A stretch of 63,304 bases of DNA, filler included, from Saprolegnia diclina VS20 (taxonomy: Eukaryota), in NCBI RefSeq assembly GCF_000281045.1. It is 7 parts of 3 records of this genome, joined end to end, with 100 filler letters (N's around TTAATTAATTAA, not from the genome) between each part and the next. Parts side by side here need not be neighbours in the genome. Positions count along the whole stretch, not along the records: positions 23,408 to 38,014 come from NW_008246109.1; 6 more parts are not named here. The stretch is one strand, 5' to 3'. The notes beneath the pieces were generated by a model. The model ran no database searches. It saw only the letters and a program-made list of their open reading frames with translations, and was not told the origin of the DNA. The position numbers and the translations under genes are program-made. Every line of letters begins with the position of its first letter. Position 1 is the stretch's first letter. Positions 23,308 through 35,058 of the stretch are shown one piece after another.

Positions 23308-23407
23308 NNNNNNNNNNNNNNNNNNNNNNNNNNNNNNNNNNNNNNNNNNNNTTAATTAATTAANNNNNNNNNNNNNNNNNNNNNNNNNNNNNNNNNNNNN
23401 NNNNNNN
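23308..23407. other. Artificial scaffold join (44N+TTAATTAATTAA+44N); also at 38015-38114, 42541-42640, 59074-59173, 60309-60408 and 61473-61572
   Basis: The same 100-bp pattern occurs six times, and the linker has stop codons in all six frames. Confidence 0.97.
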
Positions 23408-24989
23408 GGTAAATGTCCATGAGCGGTCGCCTCGCGTACGTCACGTTGCAGCGTTATCGGCGGTCGATCATGGAGAAGGAGCTCACCGGCATGGGGATCC
23501 AGGTGTTTGCCGTCGACCAGAGTCCCAAGTGCGAAGCCATGAACCCGTCGTCTGGGATCTCAGGCGACTCGGTGACGATGCCACAACTGAGTTTCAAGCG
23601 TTTAGCACCAAGCAAACAAGTGGCTCCTCGACCCACTCCACGCGAAGGCCAAGGCCGCCGGTGCCACGATCATCGACGACATCGACAACTAATCGGTGGG
23701 CGACGAGCTCCTTGTCACGGGCACGAATGAAAACCCCTTCGTATGCTACAGGTGCCATATGACTGGGCACTTTGGCCTCACGTACTTGACCGTTGTCGAC
23801 CGAGTTGTGGACGCAGCGTGTTGCAAGTAAGTCGTAGGCTCTAGTACATACGCGATCCCTGTCCGCGTCATGTTGACGGCAAGCGTGCTGGAAGTAGCTG
23901 CGAATCGAATCGACTCGGTTTACACGGGCATAATGTACTACTTGTCATATTCTGGTACCTTGAATTCTGCCGACGCGACTCCATTTTGCAAGTACTGCGT
24001 ATTCGTGCTATAAAAGAGTAAAGTCAGCGAGAAGATTCTCGCGCCGATTGCCCTCTCCCAAACAGTTATTTCATCGCTCTTGGAGACGCAGGAATTTGCG
24101 TATGGCCCGGCTCAGCGAGGATCATGCCTTCAATGCGGAATGATGGTAGACCATCACTCAGCTGACAGCTTTCAGTCTCATGTGGGGTCACTGGTTCATT
24201 TTCACTTAGTATCCCGATGCTCAACTTGTACGCGGCGACCAAGAGCGAGCCGCATCATGTTGTGTGGTCCAAGGCTCGAAGAGCCATCGCTCGTGCGACG
24301 CAAACACCACCACCGCCGCCCTGCACCAAATTGCAGCCAGCCGCCAATAAGATCACGAGCCGCTTCCGCTACGCACGAACACTTCTTAGTCCGATTCCCG
24401 AAGAGCCGTGATACACGAGTGGTGTCATATTTATGAATACAATACGACGTGCTAGCATTCATCTCGGTGGACCCTTGCGATAGCCTTGACCCCACTTCTT
24501 CCTCTCATGTGCGTATGAGCTGTGCGTATGGGATTTCCTACCGGTAGGAACTCACCTTTGAGATGTGGCGGGTTTGATCCAAAGCTGTGGTCCTCAATCC
24601 ACTTGCCTGCGATGCGTCGCGCGTCGCCTCTCGTCTGCCGCGTTCGTCGCAGGCGCGTTTCGCGTCTCTTCGAGAGGCACACAGAAACGTGTTGGGTCCC
24701 AGCGCGAGGCAATAGCCTCCAAATGTGGGTTTACCCTACCTTAGCGTCGGTGGCGCGCTCCGAGAGCAGACCATTTGACCACCTTCAATGGTCTCGGGCA
24801 CCACTTTGCCGTTTCTCCTTGAAGAATCGCCGCGTGCTACAGCGTGCATTCCACGACACTTGAAAGAAGAGGCTTCGCCGACTCGTGTACTACGTGGTAG
24901 GCATGCTGCCACTCTCAGCGTCTCTTCCCAGTCGTACACCTGATATCCAATCTGGTCACCTCTCGACACCGCGTGGCTGCACCGGCATT

Positions 24990-25005
24990 TCACTTTACCA
25001 TTCGC
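24990..25005 (+). promoter_or_regulatory. INR+FPR core promoter (near-consensus)
   Basis: TCACTTT-AC-CATTCGC versus YCAYTYY-NN-MWTTTNC, immediately before the ATG at 25007. Confidence 0.6.
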
Positions 25006-25006
25006 C

Positions 25007-26772
25007 ATGACCTCGCTTGTTCTTGGCGCGCTTGCTCTCGCGGCTGCTGTGTTTGCCGCCCCCATCGACGACCGCGACACGCTCCGAGAAGAGCTATCCG
25101 CGTGGAAGGCCAGCGGCGCTGGTGTCTACGCTGCTGCTAACGGTCTCTTTCCCGAGCACGTTGACGGCGCGAGCGAGGACGCGGAGCTCGCCGTCTTTGC
25201 AGCGAGCAAGGCGGCAGCCATCGCGCTTCAAGAGGCGCACCCGCTCGCCCAGTTCTCGGTCGACACGCCGTTTGCCATGATGACGAGCGATGCTTTTGCC
25301 TCGTGGGTCGCCGCGTCCCGCCCGGCGCGCAACGCATCCGCGCTGCCCGAGTCGTCAAAAGGCATTTCTCTGGCGACCAACAGCGTCGACTGGAAGAAAT
25401 CGGGCTGCGTCGCACCGGTCAAGGACCAAGGCGGCTGCGGCTCGTGCTTTGCGTTCTTGTCCGTGGGCGCCACCGAGAGCGCGTACTGCCTCGCCCACCA
25501 CCAACGGCGCACGCTCTTCTCCGAGCAGCAGACGCTGAGCTGCGGCCCGGGCCTTGGCTGCCAAGGCGGGTACCTCGATGACTCGCTCAAGTGGATCGCG
25601 ACCAACGGCCTCTGCACAAGCGAGACGTACCCGTACACGAACGGTCAGAGCGCGACAGCCCATCAGTGCCAAGCGACGTGCCAGAAGCTGCCGATGCCGT
25701 TCTCCAGTGTCGCGGTGGTCGCCGGCGAAGACACGCTCGAGAAGGCGCTCAACACGCAGCCGGTCGCGGTCGAGGTGGCCACGGGCGGTGACGCGTGGCG
25801 CCTCTACAAGGGCGGCATCATCACCGGCGGCTGCTCTGGACCGCTCACGCACGGCGTGCTCGCGGTCGGGTACGGCGCCGCCGAGTCGCCGTACTACAAC
25901 TTGAAGAATTCGTGGGGACCTAACTGGGGCGAAGGCGGCTACGTTCGACTACAGCGCGGCGTCGGTGGTCCTGGCATGTGCGGTGTCGCTTCATTTATGG
26001 CTTACCCCGTGCTCCGCAAGCCGCAGTTCTACCTCGTCACNNNNNNNNNNNNNNNNNNNNNNNNNNNNNNNNNNNNNNNNNNNNNNNNNNNNNNNNNNNN
26101 NNNNNNNNNNNNNNNNNNNNNNNNNNNNNNNNNNNNNNNNNNNNNNNNNNNNNNNNNNNNNNNNNNNNNNNNNNNNNNNNNNNNNNNNNNNNNNNNNNNN
26201 NNNNNNNNNNNNNNNNNNNNNNNNNNNNNNNNNNNNNNNNNNNNNNNNNNNNNNNNNNNNNNNNNNNNNNNNNNNNNNNNNNNNNNNNNNNNNNNNNNNN
26301 NNNNNNNNNNNNNNNNNNNNNNNNNNNNNNNNNNNNNNNNNNNNNNNNNNNNNNNNNNNNNNNNNNNNNNNNNNNNNNNNNNNNNNNNNNNNNNNNNNNN
26401 NNNNNNNNNNNNNNNNNNNNNNNNNNNNNNNNNNNNNNNNNNNNNNNNNNNNNNNNNNNNNNNNNNNNNNNNNNNNNNNNNNNNNNNNNNNNNNNNNNNN
26501 NNNNNNNNNNNNNNNNNNNNNNNNNNNNNNNNNNNNNNNNNNNNNNNNNNNNNNNNNNNNNNNNNNNNNNNNNNNNNNNNNNNNNNNNNNNNNNNNNNNN
26601 CAACTTGAACCAAAAGTGGCGCTACGATCCCGGCACCAAGCAGCTCAAGCACCTCACGCACGCGAGTTTCTGCCTCGACATGGGCTCGGAGTCCGGTACA
26701 CGCGCCCATCTCTACTGGTGCGACGCTGGCAACGGTCTGCAGCGCTTTGATTCTTCCAGTGCATTTCTCTAG
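25007..26772 (+). CDS. Secreted papain-family (C1A) cysteine protease with C-terminal ricin-B lectin domain(s), copy 1; gap 26041-26600
   Basis: Signal peptide, propeptide, QGGCGSCFAF (catalytic Cys), THGVLAVGYG (His) and KNSWG (Asn); after the gap NQKW..CLD..C..QRF ricin motifs. Confidence 0.9.
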
Positions 26773-27513
26773 TTTGCTGTCGAATCTCGTATAAGACCAT
26801 GATTCTATCTGCTTTGGAGGTGAACTCCCTTCCTTCTTCAAGCAGTCGCGGTGGACGCGACAAGTGCTGTCAACGGCGCTGGACGCCTGTCAAGCTAACT
26901 AAATTCAGTCTCTAAAATGTGCACTTGAGAAATCGGCAAACCAATCACAAGGTCTCGGCGCCACTAAATGTGGCTAAATGCGACTATAATCGGTATCTGC
27001 CACTTGTAAATTAGATTCAACATTAATGGCTGCTGTGGGCCTCGAACGTCGACGATAGATAGTATGCCTTGCTCCTGAGAGCTTGCTCTTTCACTGTGCG
27101 AAGTTTGAGCGATGTCATTTTTCGACGCGGTTGAGCCGGCCGAGCGCTTTGGCGCAGGCCAGGGCGGCCGAAGCGGTACAGGATTGGTCGATCTTTTTTT
27201 AGCTGGCCAATCCTATTCACGTGAATATCCGGTTACGCAGCCAAAATCGAATTGGCGGCTTGTGGAAAGGCCAACCAACTCCCAGTGAGAGTTGCGAGAG
27301 GGCAACCTTGCGATGCTACCCGACGGGATGAAGCCGAGGGCGTCCTGTTCCGACGTCGCCACACTCGGACACGCTTGCTTTCGCATTCGCCAAGGCTACC
27401 CCTCATGACGACGCGGCTGCATTGGACTGTCGCGCAACGAGGCGTCTCTTCGCGTCGCATCTGATCTATCTGGTCGTCGTCGTCCGACAGCCTCGCGCAT
27501 TGGTGTGGCTGCA

Positions 27514-27529
27514 TCACTCTACCATTTGC
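27514..27529 (+). promoter_or_regulatory. INR+FPR core promoter (consensus match)
   Basis: TCACTCT-AC-CATTTGC matches YCAYTYY-NN-MWTTTNC, just before the ATG at 27531. Confidence 0.7.
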
Positions 27530-27530
27530 C

Positions 27531-29290
27531 ATGACCACGTTCGTACTTGGCGCGCTTGCTCTCGCCACAGCTCTGTCGTCTGCCTCGCCCAATGACGCGC
27601 TTCGGGACGAGCTATCTGCGTGGAAGGCCAGCGACGCCGGTGTCTACGCGGCTGCCAACGGTCTTCTCCGCGAGCACCTCGATGGCGCGAGCGAGGACGC
27701 AGAGCTCGCTGTCTTTGCCGCCAACAAGGCCGCGGCCGCCGCGCTTCAAAAGGCGCACCCGCTCGCCGAGTTCTCGGTCGACACGCCGTTTGCGCTGCTG
27801 ACGAGCGACGAGTTTGCCTCGTACATCGCGACAGCACCGCCTGCGCGCAATACATCGACGCTGCCCGAGTCGTCGAAGGGCATCTCGGTCGCAACCGGCA
27901 GCGTCGATTGGCGGACGTCGGGCTGCGTCACGCCGGCCAAGAGCCAAGGCGGCTGCGGCTCGTGCTTCGCGTTCTCTGCCGTGGCGGCGACGGAGAGTGC
28001 GTACTGCCTCGCCCACCACCGCCGACGCACGCTCTTCTCCGAGCAGCAGACGCTGAGTTGCGGTCCCGGCGACGGCTGCAAAGGCGGCTTTGAGTTTGAG
28101 TCGCTCAGGTGGATCGCGTCCAACGGCCTCTGCACGAGCGAGACGTACCCGTACACGAACGGTCAGAGCGCGACGGCGCATCAGTGCCAAGCGACGTGCC
28201 AGAAGCTGCCGATGCCATTTCTGGACGTGCCACTTCTCCGCGGCGAAGACACGCTCGAGAAGGCGCTCAACACGCAGCCCGTCGCCGTCGCCGTCGCCGC
28301 GGGCAACAGCGCGTGGCAGCTGTACAAGCGCGGCATCTTGACGGGCGGGTGCGACGGCACCATTGACCATGCCGTGCTCGCGGTCGGGTACGGCGCCGCC
28401 GAGTCGCCGTTCTTTGTCATCAAAAACTCGTGGGGCAACCGGTGGGGTGAGTTCGGCTTCATGCGGCTCCTGCGCGGCGTCGGCGGCACCGGGTTGTGCC
28501 ACATTGCCGAAGACATTTCATATCCCGTGCTCCGCAAGCCGCAGTTCTACCTCGTCACNNNNNNNNNNNNNNNNNNNNNNNNNNNNNNNNNNNNNNNNNN
28601 NNNNNNNNNNNNNNNNNNNNNNNNNNNNNNNNNNNNNNNNNNNNNNNNNNNNNNNNNNNNNNNNNNNNNNNNNNNNNNNNNNNNNNNNNNNNNNNNNNNN
28701 NNNNNNNNNNNNNNNNNNNNNNNNNNNNNNNNNNNNNNNNNNNNNNNNNNNNNNNNNNNNNNNNNNNNNNNNNNNNNNNNNNNNNNNNNNNNNNNNNNNN
28801 NNNNNNNNNNNNNNNNNNNNNNNNNNNNNNNNNNNNNNNNNNNNNNNNNNNNNNNNNNNNNNNNNNNNNNNNNNNNNNNNNNNNNNNNNNNNNNNNNNNN
28901 NNNNNNNNNNNNNNNNNNNNNNNNNNNNNNNNNNNNNNNNNNNNNNNNNNNNNNNNNNNNNNNNNNNNNNNNNNNNNNNNNNNNNNNNNNNNNNNNNNNN
29001 NNNNNNNNNNNNNNNNNNNNNNNNNNNNNNNNNNNNNNNNNNNNNNNNNNNNNNNNNNNNNNNNNNNNNNNNNNNNNNNNNNNNNNNNNNNNNNNNNNNN
29101 NNNNNNNNNNNNNAGCAACAACTTGAACCAAAAGTGGCGCTACGATCCCGGCACCAAGCAGCTCAAGCACCTCACGCACGCGGGTTTCTGCCTCGACATG
29201 GGCTCGGACGAGGGCACCCGCGCGCACCTCTACACGTGCAACAGGGCGATTGTGCTCCAGATCTTTGATCGCGTCTCTACGCTTCTCTAG
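27531..29290 (+). CDS. Secreted papain-family (C1A) cysteine protease with ricin-B lectin domain(s), copy 2; gap 28559-29113
   Basis: Tandem paralogue with QGGCGSCFAF, DHAVLAVGYG, KNSWG and ricin motifs after the gap. Confidence 0.9.
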
Positions 29291-29821
29291 TATGAGCAAC
29301 AGCTAAGCGAATTACACTGTCTTTGAGATATGACGTCTAGCACTGCCATACGACGGGCAGTGACGGGGTCGATGCAGCGTCGTGGCGCGTCGCTAACAAC
29401 AGCGGAATACCTTCAAAGAGGCCCAGTGTGGCTCCGTAGATAAGAAACGGGAGGCAGAAGATGATGTCGATGGCCTCGGCGAGGCCGTGCACCGTCGCCA
29501 ACCTAGGACAAATGCGGCTTAGCTCTTGAGAGACGTCGTGATGTACATGACAGACGCGATGACACCGACAACAAAGAGACTACGGAGGAGTGCACGCGCC
29601 ACACCGAGCATCCCAGTCAAATGCAACAATGGCTCGCTTCGCGGTTGAAAGCCGTTTCTGGCTCACTGTCGTCAAACAAATATATGTATTACGATAAGTT
29701 TATATTTGCACTTCGATAGGACACAAGTCCACTCTGACGAAATGCTGAAACGACAGCGTTCACATCGACATGAGCCAATGTGATGGTGGACGGAATAAAT
29801 ACATTTTGCGTTATCGGAGCG

Positions 29822-30122
29822 CTACACGATGCGGTAGGGTGCGAGGCGCACGACCGACCGCCGGAGAGGCACGGGCTTGTACGCATCTCGCATCGCGTGC
29901 ACGGCCACCGGGAGGCTCTGGACGAGGCCGACGACAACGAGCACGACGAAGAGCGGGACGAAGAAGATCGGGTCGACGTTGGCTGCAGCGAGCACAATGG
30001 CCTTGTACCTACTTGGCACCTGGCGTAAATGGACGCGCGCAATAAGATCTGGTTGCGTACGCGAGGAAGGCGCCGACGAGCAAGAGACTCGCGGACTTGA
30101 GGATCGAGATCGCGCCTGCCAT
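29822..30122 (-). CDS. Small two-helix membrane protein (82 aa); intron 30009-30060
   Basis: Removing a 52-nt GT-AG intron joins MAGAISILKSASLLLVGAFLA to YKAIVLAAANVDPIFFVPLFVVLVVVGLVQ... in frame (62+187=249 nt). Confidence 0.65.
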
Positions 30123-30811
30123 CGCCGTTGCTATTTGCTTTTTGACACAAGATCCCGCGCAGCCGTATCGCACGCGACCATTTCGGTCGTGCACGCGATG
30201 TGTACGGCACTCTTCATACAAAAAACAAGTTGAATAGGAGACGACGAGTTGGAGGAGGTGCTGCCAAGTCTGGTCGTCGGTCCCAAGCGCCGGCACGCGT
30301 TCTGTGCAAGTCACGGAGTCACGGCGCCCAAGGTGACCTCTACGCCGTACAACGCTGGCTAGCGCATCAACATGTAGTGCACTCGTGGTCGCTGGAGGCT
30401 CACATGCAGGATATGCAGCTTGCAGTGTATTTTAAACTGTTGTTCGAAACGCGCTGGAAGGGCAAACACGAGAAGCTTTGGCGTCCTGGGACATGCGCAG
30501 TGTCCGTACGTCCCTGCCCTGTCGTTCTATATGAGCGCCGCATTGGTGCTCGCTGCTTGCCACTCGAGTGATCGCGTATCCTCGTCAAATCTTCCACTGA
30601 ACTTTGCGCTGTCCACATATTTTCATTCACCAGAGCACCGACCCTCAACCTGGGAGATCGGAGATCCTTCCTCACACTGTGCAAGCAGTGTCTGCAGAGG
30701 TACGAGGTACTAGTACGTAAAGTCTAGAAGATCGCAGGTATTGACAAAAATGTTGGAGGAAAAGACAAAAATGGTGGAAGAAAAGACAGTCAATACAATT
30801 ATTATATTTGC

Positions 30812-33391
30812 TCAAATGGCGTACTCGCGCGGGTCGTACTCGTCCTCCTTCCACTGCCCATTGTGTGGTTGCTGGTTGGCCGAATGGAGGGTTTTCAGCT
30901 TGCCGTTGTGGTTGTGGTTGGTGGTCTTGAGGGGCAAGCGCGGCTTGTCGTCGCTCATGCGGTGGCTCTCGCTCGTCCACTCGCGCTGCTTCTGGCTCGT
31001 GTCGCGGTGGTTGGTGCTGTTGGTCGCCATCGCATACGCGCCGGGCGCCGTGATCGCATCCAGCGCGTACAGATCTTCGTGGCGCATCGTGTCGTTGGAG
31101 GCTGCGAGCTCCTTCTTGAGCTGGTGCGTCTTGTAGAAGATGTAGATCTGGCGCGCGAGGAGGCAGAGGAGCACGCCGAGCTGCAGCGCGAGGATGCCGT
31201 ACGAGATGCCATCTTTGATGTCGTCGGGCGCGCCGGCGGTCGCGACCTTGAGCAGGAGGAAGCTCAAGCCAAAGGTAATGACCTTGACGACCGTGATGAC
31301 GACGGTGGTGTTTTGAACGAACGGCGCATAGTGCGGCCGGCGCACGCTCAGCAGGAGAAAGAAGCCGACGTGGAGGACGATGAGCATCACGAGCTGCGAC
31401 TGACCCGAGACCGCAAATGTACCGGCAATCATGCCCGAGAGGAGGGCGAGGCCCATCTTGGCCGTGAAGAAGTACCGGTTCGCAAAGTCGTACTCGTCGT
31501 AGAGGCACCCAAAGCGCTTGTGGACGGTCTTCTCGAGGTGCTGGGCCGTGCCAATGTCCTGGATGTCGTTCTGGTACTTCTTGACGACGTAGACACCGTA
31601 GCCCATGATGCCGATCGCGAGCACGAGCAGCGTCAAGATAGCAAACACGAGCTCCTTGGAGAAGCCGCCGGTCTTGGACTTGAGGCAGAGGCAAATCTGA
31701 AACATGCACACGACGCCGAGCGCGTACTGCGAGATGATGGTCACGAGCATGATGAGCCCGATCGCGCGGTCGTAGCAGTTGGACATGAACGCCTGCTTGT
31801 CCTTGACGCAGAGCGGGCCGAGCACGAGCACGAGCGCGAGGAGGATCACGATGCCGCCAATCACGGACGCAATGCCGGCGAGCGTCACGTAGAAGAGCAT
31901 CTCGGGGCGGATGCCGAGGCGCGTCGTGTACTGGAACATGCCGCCCGTCTCTTCCGAGCGCTGGCCCGTGTACGCTTCGACGAGGCGGCGGTTGGCGGCC
32001 ACCGCGGCCGTCGTCGTCGGCACGTTCCCAAACGTAAACCAGTTGAAGACGCTAAAGCTCAGTTGCTCGCCGACGGCGCGCAACGGCCGCGACGCACCTG
32101 GCAAGCTGAGCTGGCTCATGCACACGGCGAACTGCGCAATGTCGATCGTGGCGCTGGCCATGCCGACAGACCCACCGGTCGAAATGCCAGCGGCGGCCGC
32201 GGTGGCCGACGACCCGACGGCGCCGACCGAGCTCGCAATCATCATGGTGGTCGTCGTCGCGATCGCCGTGTACGTGACGGTCGCACTCACGCTGGACGTG
32301 ACCGTGCCGACGTAGTCGAGGGTCGTCTTCTTCGTCCCGTCGCTCCACGTGTCGACGCGCTTTTGGCTGCCGGTGGTCGAGCTCGTGCTATTGCCGGCGC
32401 CGCCAATGTTGGCCGCGGGGCACTGGCACACGTCGTACGAGGTGCACGAGAAGGACGTTTTGAATTTGGTCGCGAGCGTCGGGAAGAGCGACGCTGTCGC
32501 TGACGTCGACGCCTTGGAGAGCGACGCCGCCTCGAGAAAGTTGACGCCGGCGTAGATCGACGACGAGAGACCGTCCATCACGGTATAGTCCCACTTGCCT
32601 TTCTCGCAGCCAGGAATAAAGCACGACGAGAAGCACGCGGGGAAGCCGGCGGTCCCGATCGAGATGGCGCCCGAGTAGACGCTGCACGCTTGCTCCATGG
32701 CCTTGGACACGTCGAGGTCGACGCCGCCGCAGCTGAGACCCTTGGTCTTCCAGAACTTGTAGAACGTCGCGTCGCATGGAATGATGTCAAAGGTCGTGAC
32801 GACGGTCGGCGCCGGGACGTTGATGACGTTGGTCGAGTTGGACGGCGTCGGTGTCGGTGTCGGCGTCGACGTCACACCGGGTGGCAACGACGTCGTTGTC
32901 GTCGGTGTCTTGCCACTTCCGCTGCCTGACGATGGCTTGACGGTCGTGGGCGTCGGCGACTTGGTCGATGGATCTGTGGGCGCCAGCGTCGGCTCAGTGG
33001 TCTTCTTGTCGGTCGGGAGCGGCGTCGGTGCGACGGTCGGTGCTCGCGTTGTGGGTGCGGTCGTCGGCGCTGTCGTCGACGTCGTGTCGGGCTCCACTGG
33101 CGGCTTAATCTGCAACTTGCGAAGGCCCGGCGCTGTCGTGCTCGGCGTCTTGCTCTTCTCGTCCTTGGGCGTGGGCACAGGCGTCGCCGTCCCGTCCTTC
33201 TGGCCCGGCGCGACCGAGATGCTCGGGATTACGAGCGTGCTGTTGGCCGGCGTCGTGGCGTTGCCGCTGCCGCCGAGCAGCTTGAGCGCGGCCGGAGACA
33301 CGTTGAGCGCGAAGCGACAGGTCGGTGCGCTGTCGGCGGCCGTTGCCGTCGTGAGCAGCCCGAGGCCGGCGAAGACGCGGACCAGCTGCAT
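30812..33391 (-). CDS. Multi-pass membrane protein, TRP/FLC(PKD2)-like, with signal peptide, Thr/Pro mucin-like stalk and Cys-rich ectodomain
   Basis: Start MQLVRVFAGLGLL; PT/TTAP repeats; IDIAQF..SQLSL and FGCLYDEY..RYFF resemble the fungal TRP/FLC domain; several TM helices. Confidence 0.72.
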   Translation of the reverse strand: MQLVRVFAGLGLLTTATAADSAPTCRFALNVSPAALKLLGGSGNATTPANSTLVIPSISVAPGQKDGTATPVPTPKDEKSKTPSTTAPGLRKLQIKPPVEPDTTSTTAPTTAPTTRAPTVAPTPLPTDKKTTEPTLAPTDPSTKSPTPTTVKPSSGSGSGKTPTTTTSLPPGVTSTPTPTPTPSNSTNVINVPAPTVVTTFDIIPCDATFYKFWKTKGLSCGGVDLDVSKAMEQACSVYSGAISIGTAGFPACFSSCFIPGCEKGKWDYTVMDGLSSSIYAGVNFLEAASLSKASTSATASLFPTLATKFKTSFSCTSYDVCQCPAANIGGAGNSTSSTTGSQKRVDTWSDGTKKTTLDYVGTVTSSVSATVTYTAIATTTTMMIASSVGAVGSSATAAAAGISTGGSVGMASATIDIAQFAVCMSQLSLPGASRPLRAVGEQLSFSVFNWFTFGNVPTTTAAVAANRRLVEAYTGQRSEETGGMFQYTTRLGIRPEMLFYVTLAGIASVIGGIVILLALVLVLGPLCVKDKQAFMSNCYDRAIGLIMLVTIISQYALGVVCMFQICLCLKSKTGGFSKELVFAILTLLVLAIGIMGYGVYVVKKYQNDIQDIGTAQHLEKTVHKRFGCLYDEYDFANRYFFTAKMGLALLSGMIAGTFAVSGQSQLVMLIVLHVGFFLLLSVRRPHYAPFVQNTTVVITVVKVITFGLSFLLLKVATAGAPDDIKDGISYGILALQLGVLLCLLARQIYIFYKTHQLKKELAASNDTMRHEDLYALDAITAPGAYAMATNSTNHRDTSQKQREWTSESHRMSDDKPRLPLKTTNHNHNGKLKTLHSANQQPHNGQWKEDEYDPREYAI

Positions 33392-34304
33392 CGTCTGAGA
33401 ATGATGCTGGAAGCCAGCGCCTTCGAGCCGCGCCCAGGTGGTGTTACACGCGCGCGATCTATACGCCACGCATCCGGACAAGTGGCCTGTATCCGGCATC
33501 TCGGTCGCAAATTCCCTTAAAACGTTCACCGATGACCAAGCGCAATGGTGCTGTGGCAACGAAGCCATCGCGCCCTCACGAGCCGACAAGATCTTATTTC
33601 GACGTAAGTACGATCTGGTGTGTTGGACGCGTTGGCTCATCGTAAAGACGGAGATTTTGGCGGAGACGACTGTCCCGTGCAGATGTGCACGCGTATCAGA
33701 GCGCAGATCAGTCGCGCAGCTTGAGCCTGGTTCGCTCCTGCTGCTGCGACGGAACAACGGGCGACCTGGCGCCAGGACGGTCTGACTAGTGAGTGGGCAG
33801 CGTCGGGGGGTCGACGGGTAGCCTCTGATTCGAGCCAAGGGAATTCTATGGCACGAGCCAAGTGGGGCTAGACCCAGCCTGGGCTAGACCAGTAGAGCTC
33901 ATTTCAGACGCAGCAAACTACAGTACAGTGTAGGTTCGTCGTGGGTGTGTACACTTGGAGCGTGGCACGCACGCCATAAGTACAGTTGCCTTGCTCGTAC
34001 TGAGCTGGGGAATTTCATGCATCAGTATCCGGAGGGTGGAATGCTACATCCGGATATCCCGTTTTGGGCGTTGGAATTGGCGGCAAGCCGTCCCTGCACG
34101 ACGACCACCACACCGCAAGCTCACCGCAAGGCGACTGGCGTCCGTTGGCAAGCCATGTAGAGGCGATGGCTCGGTGCTAATGTTGACGATACCGTAGCGC
34201 TGGATGCAAATAATGATAACGTTAAGGTACTGTGTTGGCGCGATGCCCACTCGGCCAAGCTTGCCGCCATGTCCCATGCCATTGTGTAATACGAGAGTGA
34301 GCAG

Positions 34305-35058
34305 TCACAAGGCTTGGGCGAGCTCCATGACCCAATCAAAGATGGCCTTGCCAATGACCTTGTCCTGCGTGCCGAGGCAGGCTTGCGAAATACCGTCCAG
34401 CGCGCGCACGATGCTGGTGCGCCACGCCGCGCTCTCGAGGCCCAAGGACGCGACGTTGAGGAGGAGGAGGTCGGCGCACCGAAGGACCCAGAGCCAGTTA
34501 GTCGACCACGCACCCATGTCGTCGTACTCGCCTCGGAGCCCCATAGAAACACAGTTGCACCAGAAACGCACGATCGTCTCGCAGTCGTTTGTCGGGCGCA
34601 GGCCGCGGGCCGTCGTCTTGAACGCGAGGTGGGCAAGCGCTAGGACGGCGCATGAGCCTCGATCGTGGGCGTGCTGCAGTACATGCAATCAAGTGCTCCC
34701 GAACCACGATCGAACCAGGGTCTGCGTACAGCAACGTGCCTGCCATCTCCATGAGGGCCTCCGCGAGCACGGACGGAGGCGCTTCGGGCGGCGTCTCGGC
34801 GTCGACGTCCAGCGAGTTGGTCGGCGCGTCGTCGTGCGTGCTTGTTGGCACCGTAGTCGTGGTGTCGTCCGCTTCCAGGCCAAAGTCGTCGTCGTAGCCA
34901 CCGTCGTCGGCGGCGTCAGCCATGCCCGATGGTGGCAGCATCTCGAGCTGCGCCGCTGGCTGCGCTGCTGGCTCGTCGGTCCCGGGCTTGGTCTGGAGGT
35001 AGAAGGTGCAGCATGCGAACTCGAGGATCGCGCGGTCGCGGGCCGACAGCGCTGGCAT
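34305..35058 (-). CDS. Hypothetical protein (two coding segments; intron or frameshift near 34690)
   Basis: Coding-like segments MPALSARDRAILEF... and HAHDRGSCAVLALAHL...; the junction is unresolved. Confidence 0.4.

Noticed and set aside
23352..23363. Recurrent palindromic TTAATTAATTAA as a biological repeat or insertion site
   Set aside because: It is always flanked by exactly 44 N on each side, so it is an artificial scaffolding linker.
23408..23800. Possible ankyrin-gene 5' remnant on the minus strand (ATAHGHL at the join edge)
   Set aside because: Too short, frame-disrupted and truncated to support a call.
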